Shown: positions 49,397-58,555 of the stretch, in pieces
How the letters are laid out: each line of letters starts with the position of its first letter
Numbering within the stretch: the stretch's first letter is position 1
Source of the DNA: Candidatus Calditenuis fumarioli
GTDB lineage: Archaea > Thermoproteota > Nitrososphaeria_A > Caldarchaeales > Calditenuaceae
DNA: 64,000 nt
Reading direction: 5' to 3'
Assembly (NCBI GenBank): GCA_030059665.1
Contig: JANVYR010000002.1
Location: forward strand, 64,001-128,000
Made by a program: the position numbers and the translations under genes
Notes under the pieces: model-generated
Database searches by the model: none
What the model saw: the letters and a program-made list of their open reading frames with translations, nothing else
What the model was told of the DNA's origin: nothing

Positions 49397-50302
49397 GCTG
49401 AGGTGGACCCGCAGATCGGAGAAGCACTGGGTGCAGACGAACCGGTCCGAGGAGATCCGCTTGGCCGTCCTCAGGGGTGCTGAGCAGACGGGGCACCTAA
49501 GGCCGTACCGGGCCTTTTGGAACGGTTGGCCGCAGAAGGTGCAGGCGTCGCTCGCCAACGGCGACTCCCTACCGCAGTTGCCGCACACCACGGACGTCCC
49601 CCTGCTCACGACCTCGACCTTGACCCTCGCCGGAGAGGTCTGAGCGGTCTCCTCGTGATGCCGGAGGTATGGAGGAGCGGGCGCGGTTGAAACCCGTGGA
49701 CCGGGGCCTGCCGGAGGCCTAAGTGCTGGAGGCCGAGGCGGCGTCTGCGAGACACGCGTTCCGCGCACATAGGGCAGCTCTGGGCTGAAGCGGAGGAACG
49801 ATGCGCCTGCGAGGGCTGCCGAGAGCATGAGCAGCGCTCCCATCGCGATGAAGGCGCCCGACGGGCCCTCGGGCAACTGAAACCTGCCCGCAAGGGCCAG
49901 CACGATCGAGTCGAAGTAGAGCACCGCCGGGACGCTGACCGGTGCTGCGTAGAACGTCGCCCTGCGCGAGATCCTCCCAAGCCTGACGTACCACGCGGCC
50001 TCCACGAGGGAGTAGATCGTCCAGGGGATCGCGGCCGCCAGGATCATCTGACCTCCGAGGTCGCTCGACTGCAGAACGAGGGCTCCCGCGACGAGGAGGT
50101 ACGTCAGCCCACCCAGCACCCCGACCGCGAGGTAGGTCACGCCCGCACCCTTGACGCTCCGCGCCAGCTCCCTCCATCCCAGGGCCCTGAGGACCACAGA
50201 GACCGGATAGGTGATCAGCGCAAGGTAGATCGTCGCGCCCCCGGTCAGGAACACGGAGGAGTTGGCCACGCAGAGGAAGTACCCGACCGCGAGCTTCCTC
50301 AA
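49391..50302 (-). CDS. Membrane protein with C-terminal multiple zinc-ribbon domain
   Basis: Six hydrophobic segments, Pro-rich linker, CGNC, CTFC, CPVC, CTQC. Confidence 0.72.
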   Translation of the reverse strand: MRKLAVGYFLCVANSSVFLTGGATIYLALITYPVSVVLRALGWRELARSVKGAGVTYLAVGVLGGLTYLLVAGALVLQSSDLGGQMILAAAIPWTIYSLVEAAWYVRLGRISRRATFYAAPVSVPAVLYFDSIVLALAGRFQLPEGPSGAFIAMGALLMLSAALAGASFLRFSPELPYVRGTRVSQTPPRPPALRPPAGPGPRVSTAPAPPYLRHHEETAQTSPARVKVEVVSRGTSVVCGNCGRESPLASDACTFCGQPFQKARYGLRCPVCSAPLRTAKRISSDRFVCTQCFSDLRVHLSG

Positions 50303-51051
50303 GCCGTCCGGTAAGTTCCCTTCTCCAATAGTTCTCCCTTTTGCCTCAGAAGCACGTCCACCTCCTCCATGTCCTTGTGGGTGTCGATGGACTTCCAGAA
50401 GCAGTCGCCGAACGGAACCGCCACCAGCTGGCCCCTCGCGGCGAGCCTCGGAAAGACCTCCCTCTCCAGATCCCCTTTCTCCGGGACCTCCTCCAGCATC
50501 TCCGACCGGAACGCGTAGACGCCGGCGTTGATCCAGTGATCGCCGAGGACCGGCTTCTCCCTGAAGCCCCTGACGAGCCCGGTGCCCCGGTCGAACTCGA
50601 CGATGCCGTAGGGCGATGGCAGCGGCACCACCGCCATGGCCGCGAGAGCACCGTCGGTCGCCTCCAGCACCCGCAACGGGTTCAGATCGGTCAGGACGTC
50701 GCCGTTCAGCACGAGGAAGCTCCTCTCCCCGCTGAGCAGGTGCTCCGCGTTCTTCAGTGCCCCAGCGGTTCCGAGGGGTTCCGACTCGAAGACGTAGCCT
50801 ATCCGGACGCCGAGGTGGTTACCGCTGCCGAGCTCCTCCACCAGCCTCTCCTTCAGGTAGCCCGCGCAGACGATGAAGCTACGGAGGCCGTAAGACGCGA
50901 GCCACCGGATCTGCCACTCGATGATGGGCCTGTCCGCCACCCTGAGCAGCGGCTTCGGGACCGTGTCCGTAAACGGCCTCAGCCTCTTCCCGTAACCTCC
51001 GGCCAGTATCACCGCCTTCGGAGACCTCGCAGGGTCCACGCACTTACCCAT
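50299..51051 (-). CDS. NDP-sugar pyrophosphorylase family nucleotidyltransferase
   Basis: ILAGGYGKRLRPFT..PKPL, EPLGTAGAL, NGDV, INAGVY. Confidence 0.92.
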   Translation of the reverse strand: MGKCVDPARSPKAVILAGGYGKRLRPFTDTVPKPLLRVADRPIIEWQIRWLASYGLRSFIVCAGYLKERLVEELGSGNHLGVRIGYVFESEPLGTAGALKNAEHLLSGERSFLVLNGDVLTDLNPLRVLEATDGALAAMAVVPLPSPYGIVEFDRGTGLVRGFREKPVLGDHWINAGVYAFRSEMLEEVPEKGDLEREVFPRLAARGQLVAVPFGDCFWKSIDTHKDMEEVDVLLRQKGELLEKGTYRTA

Positions 51052-51134
51052 TCCCAGCGTATAGATCATCGTTTCCGCTGCTGGGGTTCGAGTGTGCGCA
51101 ACGTATTTCGCACGGGGATGCGAGGCCGTTGGGG

Positions 51135-51794
51135 ATGATGAGGTTCCGCCACGCCCTGCTGCTGACTCTCCTGCTGGCGCTGCTCATGACCGCCTTCACC
51201 TCGCTCGGTCCCTCTTCCTCCCGGGGCCCGGAGGGCCTCGGCCTGTCGAGCAGGGTCAGGGTCGAGGTCCTGATGGTGGGCCTGGACGGAAGGGAGGTTC
51301 CCGTTGAGGGCGCTCTGGTGGTGATCGGCGACCGAAGGGCCCTAACCTCCTCCGACGGTACGGCCACCGTTGCCGTGACGCAGGGCCGCTACAGCAGCTA
51401 CTTCAAGCATCCCGATCCGAGGCTCGCGGTGGTTCTGATGGACCTGGTGGTGGAGCGGGACACGACGGTGCGGGTCGTCTTCGAGCTGAGACGTCTCGGG
51501 CTCGAGAGCGCGTCCTTCGTCTGGGGAGGCAACGGCTCCTCGGTGACGCTGGAGGTCGACGTCCCGGAGGCCGACTTCGCCTTCGCCTCGACACCGGTCC
51601 TCTTCGGGTTCTCCTCCGACGGCGAGTTCCTCAGGCTCTCCTCAACGCCCGACGACTTCGGTTATTTCTCGCTCTCGCTGAGACCCGGTAGCAGGAACTC
51701 GATCAGCTACCCGGTCAACGGCAACCGAGAACTTGCGGTGCTCCTCCCATCTTCTTACGTCCCGGTCCAGCTCGTCCGGATCACCGTCTCCTGA
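51135..51794 (+). CDS. Hypothetical exported protein
   Basis: Signal-peptide-like N-terminus; PVEGALVVI and TSSDGTA resemble carboxypeptidase-regulatory-like domains. Confidence 0.6.
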   Translation: MMRFRHALLLTLLLALLMTAFTSLGPSSSRGPEGLGLSSRVRVEVLMVGLDGREVPVEGALVVIGDRRALTSSDGTATVAVTQGRYSSYFKHPDPRLAVVLMDLVVERDTTVRVVFELRRLGLESASFVWGGNGSSVTLEVDVPEADFAFASTPVLFGFSSDGEFLRLSSTPDDFGYFSLSLRPGSRNSISYPVNGNRELAVLLPSSYVPVQLVRITVS

Positions 51795-52476
51795 AGGTCT
51801 CCAGCGCGGCCTCGCAGACCGACGTCAGGAAGCTCTGCGGGTCCCTGGCCTTGACGTACGCCGACGATATCAGCACCCCCACCGTTCCCAGCTCGATCGC
51901 CCTGGCCACGTCATCTGGTCCCGAGATCCCCGCGCCGCAGACCACCGGGACGTTCAGCCCCAATGACCTGATCCGCGCGATCGAATCGGTGACGACCTCC
52001 GGTTTGGCTTTGGAGACGGAGATCCCCGTTCCGATCAGCTCGGGAGGCTCTATCGCGACGAAGTCTGGCTCCAACGCAGCGACCGCCCTCGCGACCCTCG
52101 GTGTGTCCGCGCAGACCACCGAGACTAGTCCCTCCTCCCTCAGGGCCTCGACGGCCCCCGCGATCTCCGATGCGCCCAACCTCCTCTCCGAGTGGTTGAC
52201 GAGGCTACCAGCAGCCCCGGCCTCCTTCAGCGCCAGCGCCGTCACGTGCCCCGTCCAGCTGCCCTCCCTCTGGGGATCCACGTGCTGGGCGAGCACTGGT
52301 ATCTCGTGCCTGCTGGAGATCCTGTAGACGTCCGTCGGCTGAACTGCGACCGCAACGGTCACCCCCGTCTCCCTCGAGACGGTCTCGGCGACGTAAGCGA
52401 GCCTCTCCGCTCCCGGCCCTATCGCCTCACGGTACGCCTTGAAGTTCAGGATCACCACGGGCAACGTCCAGTTCAT
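51781..52476 (-). CDS. tpiA: Triosephosphate isomerase (archaeal type)
   Basis: ILNFKAY, NHSE, AIEPPELIGTG, CGAGI. Confidence 0.96.
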   Translation of the reverse strand: MNWTLPVVILNFKAYREAIGPGAERLAYVAETVSRETGVTVAVAVQPTDVYRISSRHEIPVLAQHVDPQREGSWTGHVTALALKEAGAAGSLVNHSERRLGASEIAGAVEALREEGLVSVVCADTPRVARAVAALEPDFVAIEPPELIGTGISVSKAKPEVVTDSIARIRSLGLNVPVVCGAGISGPDDVARAIELGTVGVLISSAYVKARDPQSFLTSVCEAALETFRRR

Positions 52477-52629
52477 TTCGCCCCCACTCCCGAGCGGCTT
52501 CACTTAAGCCAGAGCGCTCGCATTCCGTCGCGGCCTTTCGGCGAACGTGAGTGTCTTAACCTGGGCTCGGCGCAGCGGCAACCGGATCGGCTGAATCCCC
52601 ATATCCGACGGTCTCCGAAGGCGGCTGGC

Positions 52630-53955
52630 TTGGGCGTCAGCTTCGACGCGATCGTCGAGCGGATCCGGCAGAGACACGGAGAGGACGCGGTCAGGAGGGT
52701 GCTGGAGGGCGTTGAGGAGGCCATCAAAAGGGACCCGAGGCTGACCCGGTTCGGCGCGCTGCTGCTGGTGGCCAACGAGCTCGGATACCTCCGCTCTGAG
52801 GTCGGTCTCCGTTCCTCTCTCCGCATCGGCGAGCTCGTCGGTGGTCTCCGGTCGGTCTCGGTCGTGGGGAGGGTGCTGGGCGTGAAGGGGCCTCTCGAGC
52901 GCGGAACCCGCAGGATGGCTGTCCTCAGGATCTCCGACGGAACCGGCAGCATCGACGTGGTGGCTTGGGGCTCCGCGGCCGATCTGGTCTCAAGCTCCGG
53001 ACTGAGGGCTGGGCAGGCGGTCCGCGTCGTCGGCGCGAGGACGAGGGAGGCCCACGACGGAGGTCTGGAGCTACACCTCGACGAGGGCTCCCGGATCGAG
53101 GCCGCTGAGCACCACGAGGTCCCGGAGCTGGAGGAGCTGGTCGTGAGGAGGTTTCCCGCAGGCGCTGGCAAGGCGCTGGACCTGATGGCCACCGTGGTCG
53201 GCCTCTCCGGCGAGCGGACCTATGCGGCCTCCGGAAAGGAGCTCGGGGTTAGGGACGCCCTTCTCTCCGTCGGCGGCGAGCTGGTGTACCTCTCGGTCTG
53301 GTCGAGCCACGTCGAGGGCACCGACGCTCTGGAGGAGTGGACGGACTTCCTCCTCACCTCCCTGAGGCACCGGGACGGAGAGCTCAGCACCACGCCCAGG
53401 ACCTGCGTCACCAGGCTGTCACCCTCGGGACCTGAGGAGGCCCTGGGGCCGCTGAGGGTGGTCACCCACAGGCCGGACTTCGGGCACCTGCTCACCAACG
53501 GCAAGTCCTACCTCCTCGCGAGGGGCAGCGTTCCGGGACCTGGGGCCGTCATCTCGGTGAGGTCGTGCAGGTTCGTCAGGGAGGGGAGGCACTGGTGGCT
53601 GGAGATCGGCGATTACCGGGAGGTTCACGGCGCAGAGGTTCCGGAGCCCGAGGCCGTTCCTCTGTCCGACCTCAGGAAGGGGATGAGGGGGATCGCCGTC
53701 TCGGGTAAGATCCTGAACAAGTCGCAGCTCTCCGAGGTCAGGACCTCCTCCGGCAAGGTGGCGACGCTGGCCTTCTGGCTCTCCTCCGGCGAACGCTCGG
53801 TCTACTGCAGGGCCTGGCGCGAGGCGGCCGAGCTGATCAGCTCCGTCCCGGAGGGCGCGTGGGTCAGGCTCAGGTACGTCAGGGTCGAGACCGACAGGTA
53901 CGGTGAGATGCAGGTGACGGTCGATCCCGAGTCGGACGTCGTCACGGAGAGCTGA
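52630..53955 (+). CDS. Multi-OB-fold ssDNA-binding protein (RPA-like)
   Basis: GALLLVANELG N-terminus, ISDGTGSIDVVAWG, further OB folds; TTG start inferred. Confidence 0.75.
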   Translation: MGVSFDAIVERIRQRHGEDAVRRVLEGVEEAIKRDPRLTRFGALLLVANELGYLRSEVGLRSSLRIGELVGGLRSVSVVGRVLGVKGPLERGTRRMAVLRISDGTGSIDVVAWGSAADLVSSSGLRAGQAVRVVGARTREAHDGGLELHLDEGSRIEAAEHHEVPELEELVVRRFPAGAGKALDLMATVVGLSGERTYAASGKELGVRDALLSVGGELVYLSVWSSHVEGTDALEEWTDFLLTSLRHRDGELSTTPRTCVTRLSPSGPEEALGPLRVVTHRPDFGHLLTNGKSYLLARGSVPGPGAVISVRSCRFVREGRHWWLEIGDYREVHGAEVPEPEAVPLSDLRKGMRGIAVSGKILNKSQLSEVRTSSGKVATLAFWLSSGERSVYCRAWREAAELISSVPEGAWVRLRYVRVETDRYGEMQVTVDPESDVVTES

Positions 53956-54772
53956 CGTCGAACTCGTCCGGGAACCGCTCCTCCTGCTCGAACCGCTCCT
54001 CCTGTCCGCTCACCGGCTGTCCCGACTCGAGGCTCGTCAGGGGTGGCCCTATCACCACGCCCCTCTTGTGCATGATCTCGAAGGTGTAGACCGTCATGTC
54101 CGCCGGGGACCAGCGCATCTTCCTCACCATCAGGGTCCTGACCAGCCTGCCCCCCACGTTCCTCAGCCCCACCACGATCACGCCCGACGAGAGGAACTCC
54201 TCGTACCCGAACCTGCTGAGCCTGTTGGACCCGGACGGTATGTCGCACGTCAGGACCGTCGTCGCCCCGATCTTCTCCTCGAGGAAGAGGATGATCTCCC
54301 TGATGTACTCCCTCACCGCGAACTCCTCCAGGGCTCCGAAGGCCATGGCCGATATCGGGTCCAGGACGATCCGGGACACTTGGCCGCCGTTGGTCATCTT
54401 GATGATGGTGTCGATGTAGGCCTTGCTGCTCTTGCCGTACTTCCTCAGGTCCTCGGAGAATATCCTGATCTCGAACGGGTACAGGAGGCCCATCCGGTAG
54501 TAGGACCACAGGTCCCAGCCGAGCGTCATGGCTCCGTCGAGCACTCCCTGTACCCTCTCGTCCAGCGAGACGTAGGCGACCCGCTCGCCGTTCCGTAGGC
54601 CCTCGAGGAGGAACTGGAGGCTCAGGATCGTCTTGCCGACTCCGGTCTCGCCCGTGATCAGGTAGGTCTTCCCCCTGATGAACCCGCCTCCGAGGATTCT
54701 GTCGAGCTTCGGGACGCCAGTCGATACCCGCTCCAGCACCAACCCTATCCACCGCTCAGTCGTTCCCCACAT
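53942..54772 (-). CDS. KaiC/RAD55-like ATPase (single domain)
   Basis: STGVPKLDRILGGG, GETGVGKT, VRKMRWS. Confidence 0.9.
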   Translation of the reverse strand: MWGTTERWIGLVLERVSTGVPKLDRILGGGFIRGKTYLITGETGVGKTILSLQFLLEGLRNGERVAYVSLDERVQGVLDGAMTLGWDLWSYYRMGLLYPFEIRIFSEDLRKYGKSSKAYIDTIIKMTNGGQVSRIVLDPISAMAFGALEEFAVREYIREIILFLEEKIGATTVLTCDIPSGSNRLSRFGYEEFLSSGVIVVGLRNVGGRLVRTLMVRKMRWSPADMTVYTFEIMHKRGVVIGPPLTSLESGQPVSGQEERFEQEERFPDEFDVSSP

Positions 54773-55364
54773 TTAATGCTTCGCGGCCCGGTGATCTGTC
54801 CTTCTCGGCTCCGGCAAGGGCCTCCTCCCTCCTCCGGAGTACCACCTTTCGCCGCGGATGAGGCACCACCCTCAGCCTGGCATCGGGGAAGCTGATCCTG
54901 AAGACGAGTCCGTCGAGGAGCCTGTCCAAGAAGACCGCCAACGCGGCCACCTCGCTGTGCGGCTGGTTCCCGATCGAGACGTTCAGGTCCGCGAGCTCGT
55001 AAACCTCCCTGGGCACCTTGCTCGACCCGACGACCACTACCATGTTCCTCTCCGACAAGGCCCTCCTAAGCTCCTCGAGGACCTCCGGCAGCGGCACGCC
55101 GTACATCGTCAGGTGGACGACTAGGTCGCCCCGCGACTTGGCAGACCTTAGGTACTCCCTCCAGTCCCCCACGTACTGGACCTCGAAGGGCCCTCCCCAG
55201 ACCTCGGTGACCCGCCTCAGCGACTCCAGCACTCCCGGATCGTAGTCCCCTGCGATCGCGATGCCTTTCGCGCCGAAGGCCCTCGCCGTCAGCCCGACGT
55301 GGGTCGTGACCCTCTCGTCCCTTCCGATCCTGTGCGATAGCCTGAGGACGGTGATCCCGCTCAT
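54756..55364 (-). CDS. trm56: tRNA (cytidine56-2'-O)-methyltransferase
   Basis: LRLSHRIGRDERVTTHVGLTARAFGA, VHLTMYG, GNQPHSEVAAL. Confidence 0.95.
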   Translation of the reverse strand: MSGITVLRLSHRIGRDERVTTHVGLTARAFGAKGIAIAGDYDPGVLESLRRVTEVWGGPFEVQYVGDWREYLRSAKSRGDLVVHLTMYGVPLPEVLEELRRALSERNMVVVVGSSKVPREVYELADLNVSIGNQPHSEVAALAVFLDRLLDGLVFRISFPDARLRVVPHPRRKVVLRRREEALAGAEKDRSPGREALNVGND

Positions 55365-55870
55365 CTCAGGAACCTCTGGAGCTGCTCGATCTTCTCGTCG
55401 ACCGCCTCCAGCAGCTCGCGCGGATCGAAGGGTTCCAGCTGGCCTCCGCAGGTGGGGCACTTGAAGAAGTGGTCGACGGCGGATGAGAAGTCGAGCTTCC
55501 TGCAGGTGCTTTTGCCGCACCAGTAGACCTGGTTCTGCGAGTAGAAGTCCTTGATCATCTTCAGCCGCTCGACGATCCTGACCACCTGACCCCTGACCGA
55601 GCTGACCAGCTGGTCCGTGTGGATCCTCCACCTGAAGACCCTCCGGGCGTTCTCCTTGTCGTAGCTGACCACGTACGTCACCAGCGAGAGCTCCAGGAGC
55701 CTGTGGAGGACCTTCCTGACCTGCTTGATGTCCATCTGGAGCATCTCGGCGATCTCCATGTCCGAGACCTCGGGGTTCTCCATCAGGAGCGCCGCCACCC
55801 TCCTCGCCTCCTCCCCTCCCAACACCTCGATCAGCTTCAGGGCGTCCTCCGGCTCGATGTAGAATACCAT
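55361..55870 (-). CDS. tfe: Transcription factor E (TFE alpha)
   Basis: Winged helix (DMEIAEML...VRKVLHRL) and Zn ribbon C...FKCPTCG. Confidence 0.9.
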   Translation of the reverse strand: MVFYIEPEDALKLIEVLGGEEARRVAALLMENPEVSDMEIAEMLQMDIKQVRKVLHRLLELSLVTYVVSYDKENARRVFRWRIHTDQLVSSVRGQVVRIVERLKMIKDFYSQNQVYWCGKSTCRKLDFSSAVDHFFKCPTCGGQLEPFDPRELLEAVDEKIEQLQRFLR

Positions 55871-56023
55871 CCCGTGGCCTCCAACAAGTAATTGCTGCAT
55901 CGCTCCGTAAAAAGGTCGTGTTCCGACGGGTTGTTGGTCTGCCCACGCGGTAATACCGGTTTTACCTCGCCCAGCGCTCAACGGGCCTCCGTTATTATGC
56001 TGGTCCTGTCTGGTCACGTGGGA

Positions 56024-57751
56024 ATGGAGAGGCTCCGCGCGACCGAGGCCGCTGCCCTCCAGAGGAGACCCGCGTACATCACGGAGGTGGTGCTCGAGAA
56101 CTTCATGTCGCACGAGTACTCCCGCATCCGCCTCACGCCCGGCATCAACCTGATAACCGGCCCCAACGGCGCCGGCAAGTCGTCGATACTGCTGGGGATC
56201 GCGGTGGCGCTGGGTCAGAGCTACACCGAGCGCGGCGAGCGGCTCGCGGACCTGATCAGGAGGGGGAAGGACTCGGCCAGGGTCACGGTCACGTTCGACA
56301 ACAGACCCGTCGACGGCGAGCGCCCCATCAAGCAGATCCCTTCAGACACCGTCTCGATCACCCGCTACATCAGGAGGCAGGGCGAGTACTGGTACTACGT
56401 CAACAACCGCTTCCGGACGAAGGCTGAGGTCGAGCAGCTGCTGAGGTCGATCGGCATCAACCCGAACAACCTGCTGATCGTCATGCACCAGAACATGATC
56501 GAGGAGTTCGCCTCCCGCGACGACGCGGAGAAGCTGAGGATGTTCGAGGAGGCCGTCGGGATATCCGCGCTGAGGGAGAGGATCTACCAAGCGCAGGAGA
56601 AGCTCTCGGCCCTGATGGGTGAGGCCAGCGCGGTCAGGAAGGCCCTGGAGGAGGCGAGGGCCGCGGTCGAGTTCTGGAGGAAGGAGATGGAGAAGCTGAA
56701 CGAGCGCCGTGAGCTGGAGCGCAGGAGGTCGCAGCTCGAGCTGGAGTACCTGTACAGCCTCGTGAGGCAGACGGAGCTCGCGATAGAGAGGAAGCGGGGC
56801 TCCCTCACATCCGTCAGGTCGGAGCTCGAGGCCCTCAGGGCCAGGGCGTCGGAGCTGAGGTCCGAGGTCGCGAGGATGAGGGAGGAGCTGCTCAGGAGCG
56901 TCGATCGAGGCAGCCGCTCACCGGAGATCGCCTCGGTCCTTGACGCCCTGATACAGCGGGCCGTAGAGAAAGGGGTGGCGGAGTACAGGGTGGCGGTCCT
57001 GGAGCGGGAGGAGAGGGAGCTGGAGCGCGACATCAGGGCGCTCGAGCGGGAGCTGGAGGAGAGGTTGAGGAGCGCTTCCTCCAAAGGGCCGCGCGTCGAG
57101 ACCTCCAGGGAGCCCAGCGAGGTCCTCGAGGAGCTCAAGTTCGTCACGCTCCAGCTCTCATCGACGGGCCCGGTCGTGGCCGAGGCGGAGGAGATGTTCT
57201 TCGCTGCGGACTCGAAGTACCGTCAGATGGAGATCAGGGCGCAGGAGCTTGAGGCCAACGTCAGGAAGGCGATGGAGGAGCTCGAGTACCGGAAGAGGCT
57301 TTGGAGGGAGAAGATGAGGGAGCTGATCGAGGAGCTCAGCCCCATCTACGACTCCATCCTCTCCGCCGCAGGAGGCACCGGCTCCATCCGGGTCGCCAAC
57401 CTCGACGACCCCCTCAACGCTAGGCTCGAGCTCTTCGCGGGCTTCAGGGGGAACCCTCCCACGCTGCTGGACGCCCAGACCCACAGCGGAGGCGAGAGGG
57501 TTTTGGCGACCATGGCCTTCCTCCTCGCGGCCCAGTCCCGGATCAGGTCGCCCTTCAGGGCGGTCGACGAGTTCGACGTCCACCTCGATCCCCTGAACAG
57601 GGAGATGGTGATGCGGATGCTGGTCGAGACGGCCAAGCGCAACGAGGGCGTTCAGTACCTGATCATAACTCCCGGAAGGGTCCCGGAGCTGGAGGGGATG
57701 AACGTGATCGTGGTCCAGAGCGTCTCCGGTCGCTCCTTCGTCACCCAGTGA
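56024..57751 (+). CDS. Short SMC-family ATPase, SMC5/6-like motifs
   Basis: LENFMSH, GPNGAGKSS, MHQNMIEEF, HSGGER, PFRAVDEFDVHLD, QYLIITP; about 575 aa; alternative start 55997. Confidence 0.88.
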   Translation: MERLRATEAAALQRRPAYITEVVLENFMSHEYSRIRLTPGINLITGPNGAGKSSILLGIAVALGQSYTERGERLADLIRRGKDSARVTVTFDNRPVDGERPIKQIPSDTVSITRYIRRQGEYWYYVNNRFRTKAEVEQLLRSIGINPNNLLIVMHQNMIEEFASRDDAEKLRMFEEAVGISALRERIYQAQEKLSALMGEASAVRKALEEARAAVEFWRKEMEKLNERRELERRRSQLELEYLYSLVRQTELAIERKRGSLTSVRSELEALRARASELRSEVARMREELLRSVDRGSRSPEIASVLDALIQRAVEKGVAEYRVAVLEREERELERDIRALERELEERLRSASSKGPRVETSREPSEVLEELKFVTLQLSSTGPVVAEAEEMFFAADSKYRQMEIRAQELEANVRKAMEELEYRKRLWREKMRELIEELSPIYDSILSAAGGTGSIRVANLDDPLNARLELFAGFRGNPPTLLDAQTHSGGERVLATMAFLLAAQSRIRSPFRAVDEFDVHLDPLNREMVMRMLVETAKRNEGVQYLIITPGRVPELEGMNVIVVQSVSGRSFVTQ

Positions 57752-57823
57752 TCCTCCCGGATCACCCAAGGAGGCCGCACGGCAAAGGTTCTTGAGCGAT
57801 TCCAGAGGCCTCATGGAGGGCGG

Positions 57824-58549
57824 ATGAAGGGGATCGAGGTCAGGCGGGAGGAGCTGATGAGGATGATCTCCTCGCTGGAGGCGGTGCTGAGGATGAAGGT
57901 TGAGCCCTTCACGGTCGAGGTCCGGCCTCTGCTGGAGAGGCTCAGGCGGATCGTCGAGGAGAACAGGGACGCGGAGACGCTCGTGCTGGACGCGGAGGCC
58001 CTCTACAGGGTATCGGTGGTTCTGGCGCTTCAGCAGAAGGCCATAGTCCAGTCGGCCTCCTCCCTCTTCGTCGACGCCCAGATCGTCGCATCCAAGGTCA
58101 TCGGTTCTCCCCCCGTCGCGCTCGCAGGGGTCTTCCTCCTCGCCTGGCGCCCGCTCGTCAGGATCGAGCAGGTCTCTAACCCCTTGCTGCTCAGGGGGTA
58201 CGAGCACTTCCTCTCGCTCCCGACGAGGGGTGTGGTGCAGCCCGAGCCGACAAGCGGTGGGGCCGTCGGTGCAGAGTGGGCCGTCCACGAGCAGCGGTTC
58301 GAGGAGGAGCTCAAGCGGCTGCTGGAGGAGCTCAGATCGAGGGGCGACTGGGTGGATTACTGGAGCTTCCTCTCCGAGGTCGGCGGTTCCAGCAGGGCCA
58401 AGGTCGCGTACCTCCTGAGCTTCCTGATCACCCGCGGCGACGTCGAGGTCAGGTACAACCCCCTCACCGAGGAGCTCAGGATCAGGGCTGCCGAGAGGCG
58501 GGAGGATTCCGGCGACCAGAGGACCTCCCTCGTGGTCACGGTGAGGTGA
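57824..58549 (+). CDS. Kleisin-like (ScpA-related) protein
   Basis: EPFTVEVRPLL...DAEALYRVSVVL resembles the ScpA N-terminus; C-terminal winged helix YLLSFLITRGDVEV; directly follows the SMC gene. Confidence 0.65.
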   Translation: MKGIEVRREELMRMISSLEAVLRMKVEPFTVEVRPLLERLRRIVEENRDAETLVLDAEALYRVSVVLALQQKAIVQSASSLFVDAQIVASKVIGSPPVALAGVFLLAWRPLVRIEQVSNPLLLRGYEHFLSLPTRGVVQPEPTSGGAVGAEWAVHEQRFEEELKRLLEELRSRGDWVDYWSFLSEVGGSSRAKVAYLLSFLITRGDVEVRYNPLTEELRIRAAERREDSGDQRTSLVVTVR

Positions 58550-58555
58550 TGAGCC

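Noticed and set aside
52505-52565. Long G-U-rich stem between tpiA and the RPA-like gene
   Set aside because: It lies between two TATA-like boxes of a divergent promoter, so it is probably untranscribed; GC-rich sequence folds easily by chance.
53942-54772. KaiC as a circadian clock component, and the EERF duplication in its tail
   Set aside because: Single-domain RAD55/KaiC ATPases are widespread in archaea; no kaiA or kaiB nearby; the tail duplication is short and low-complexity.
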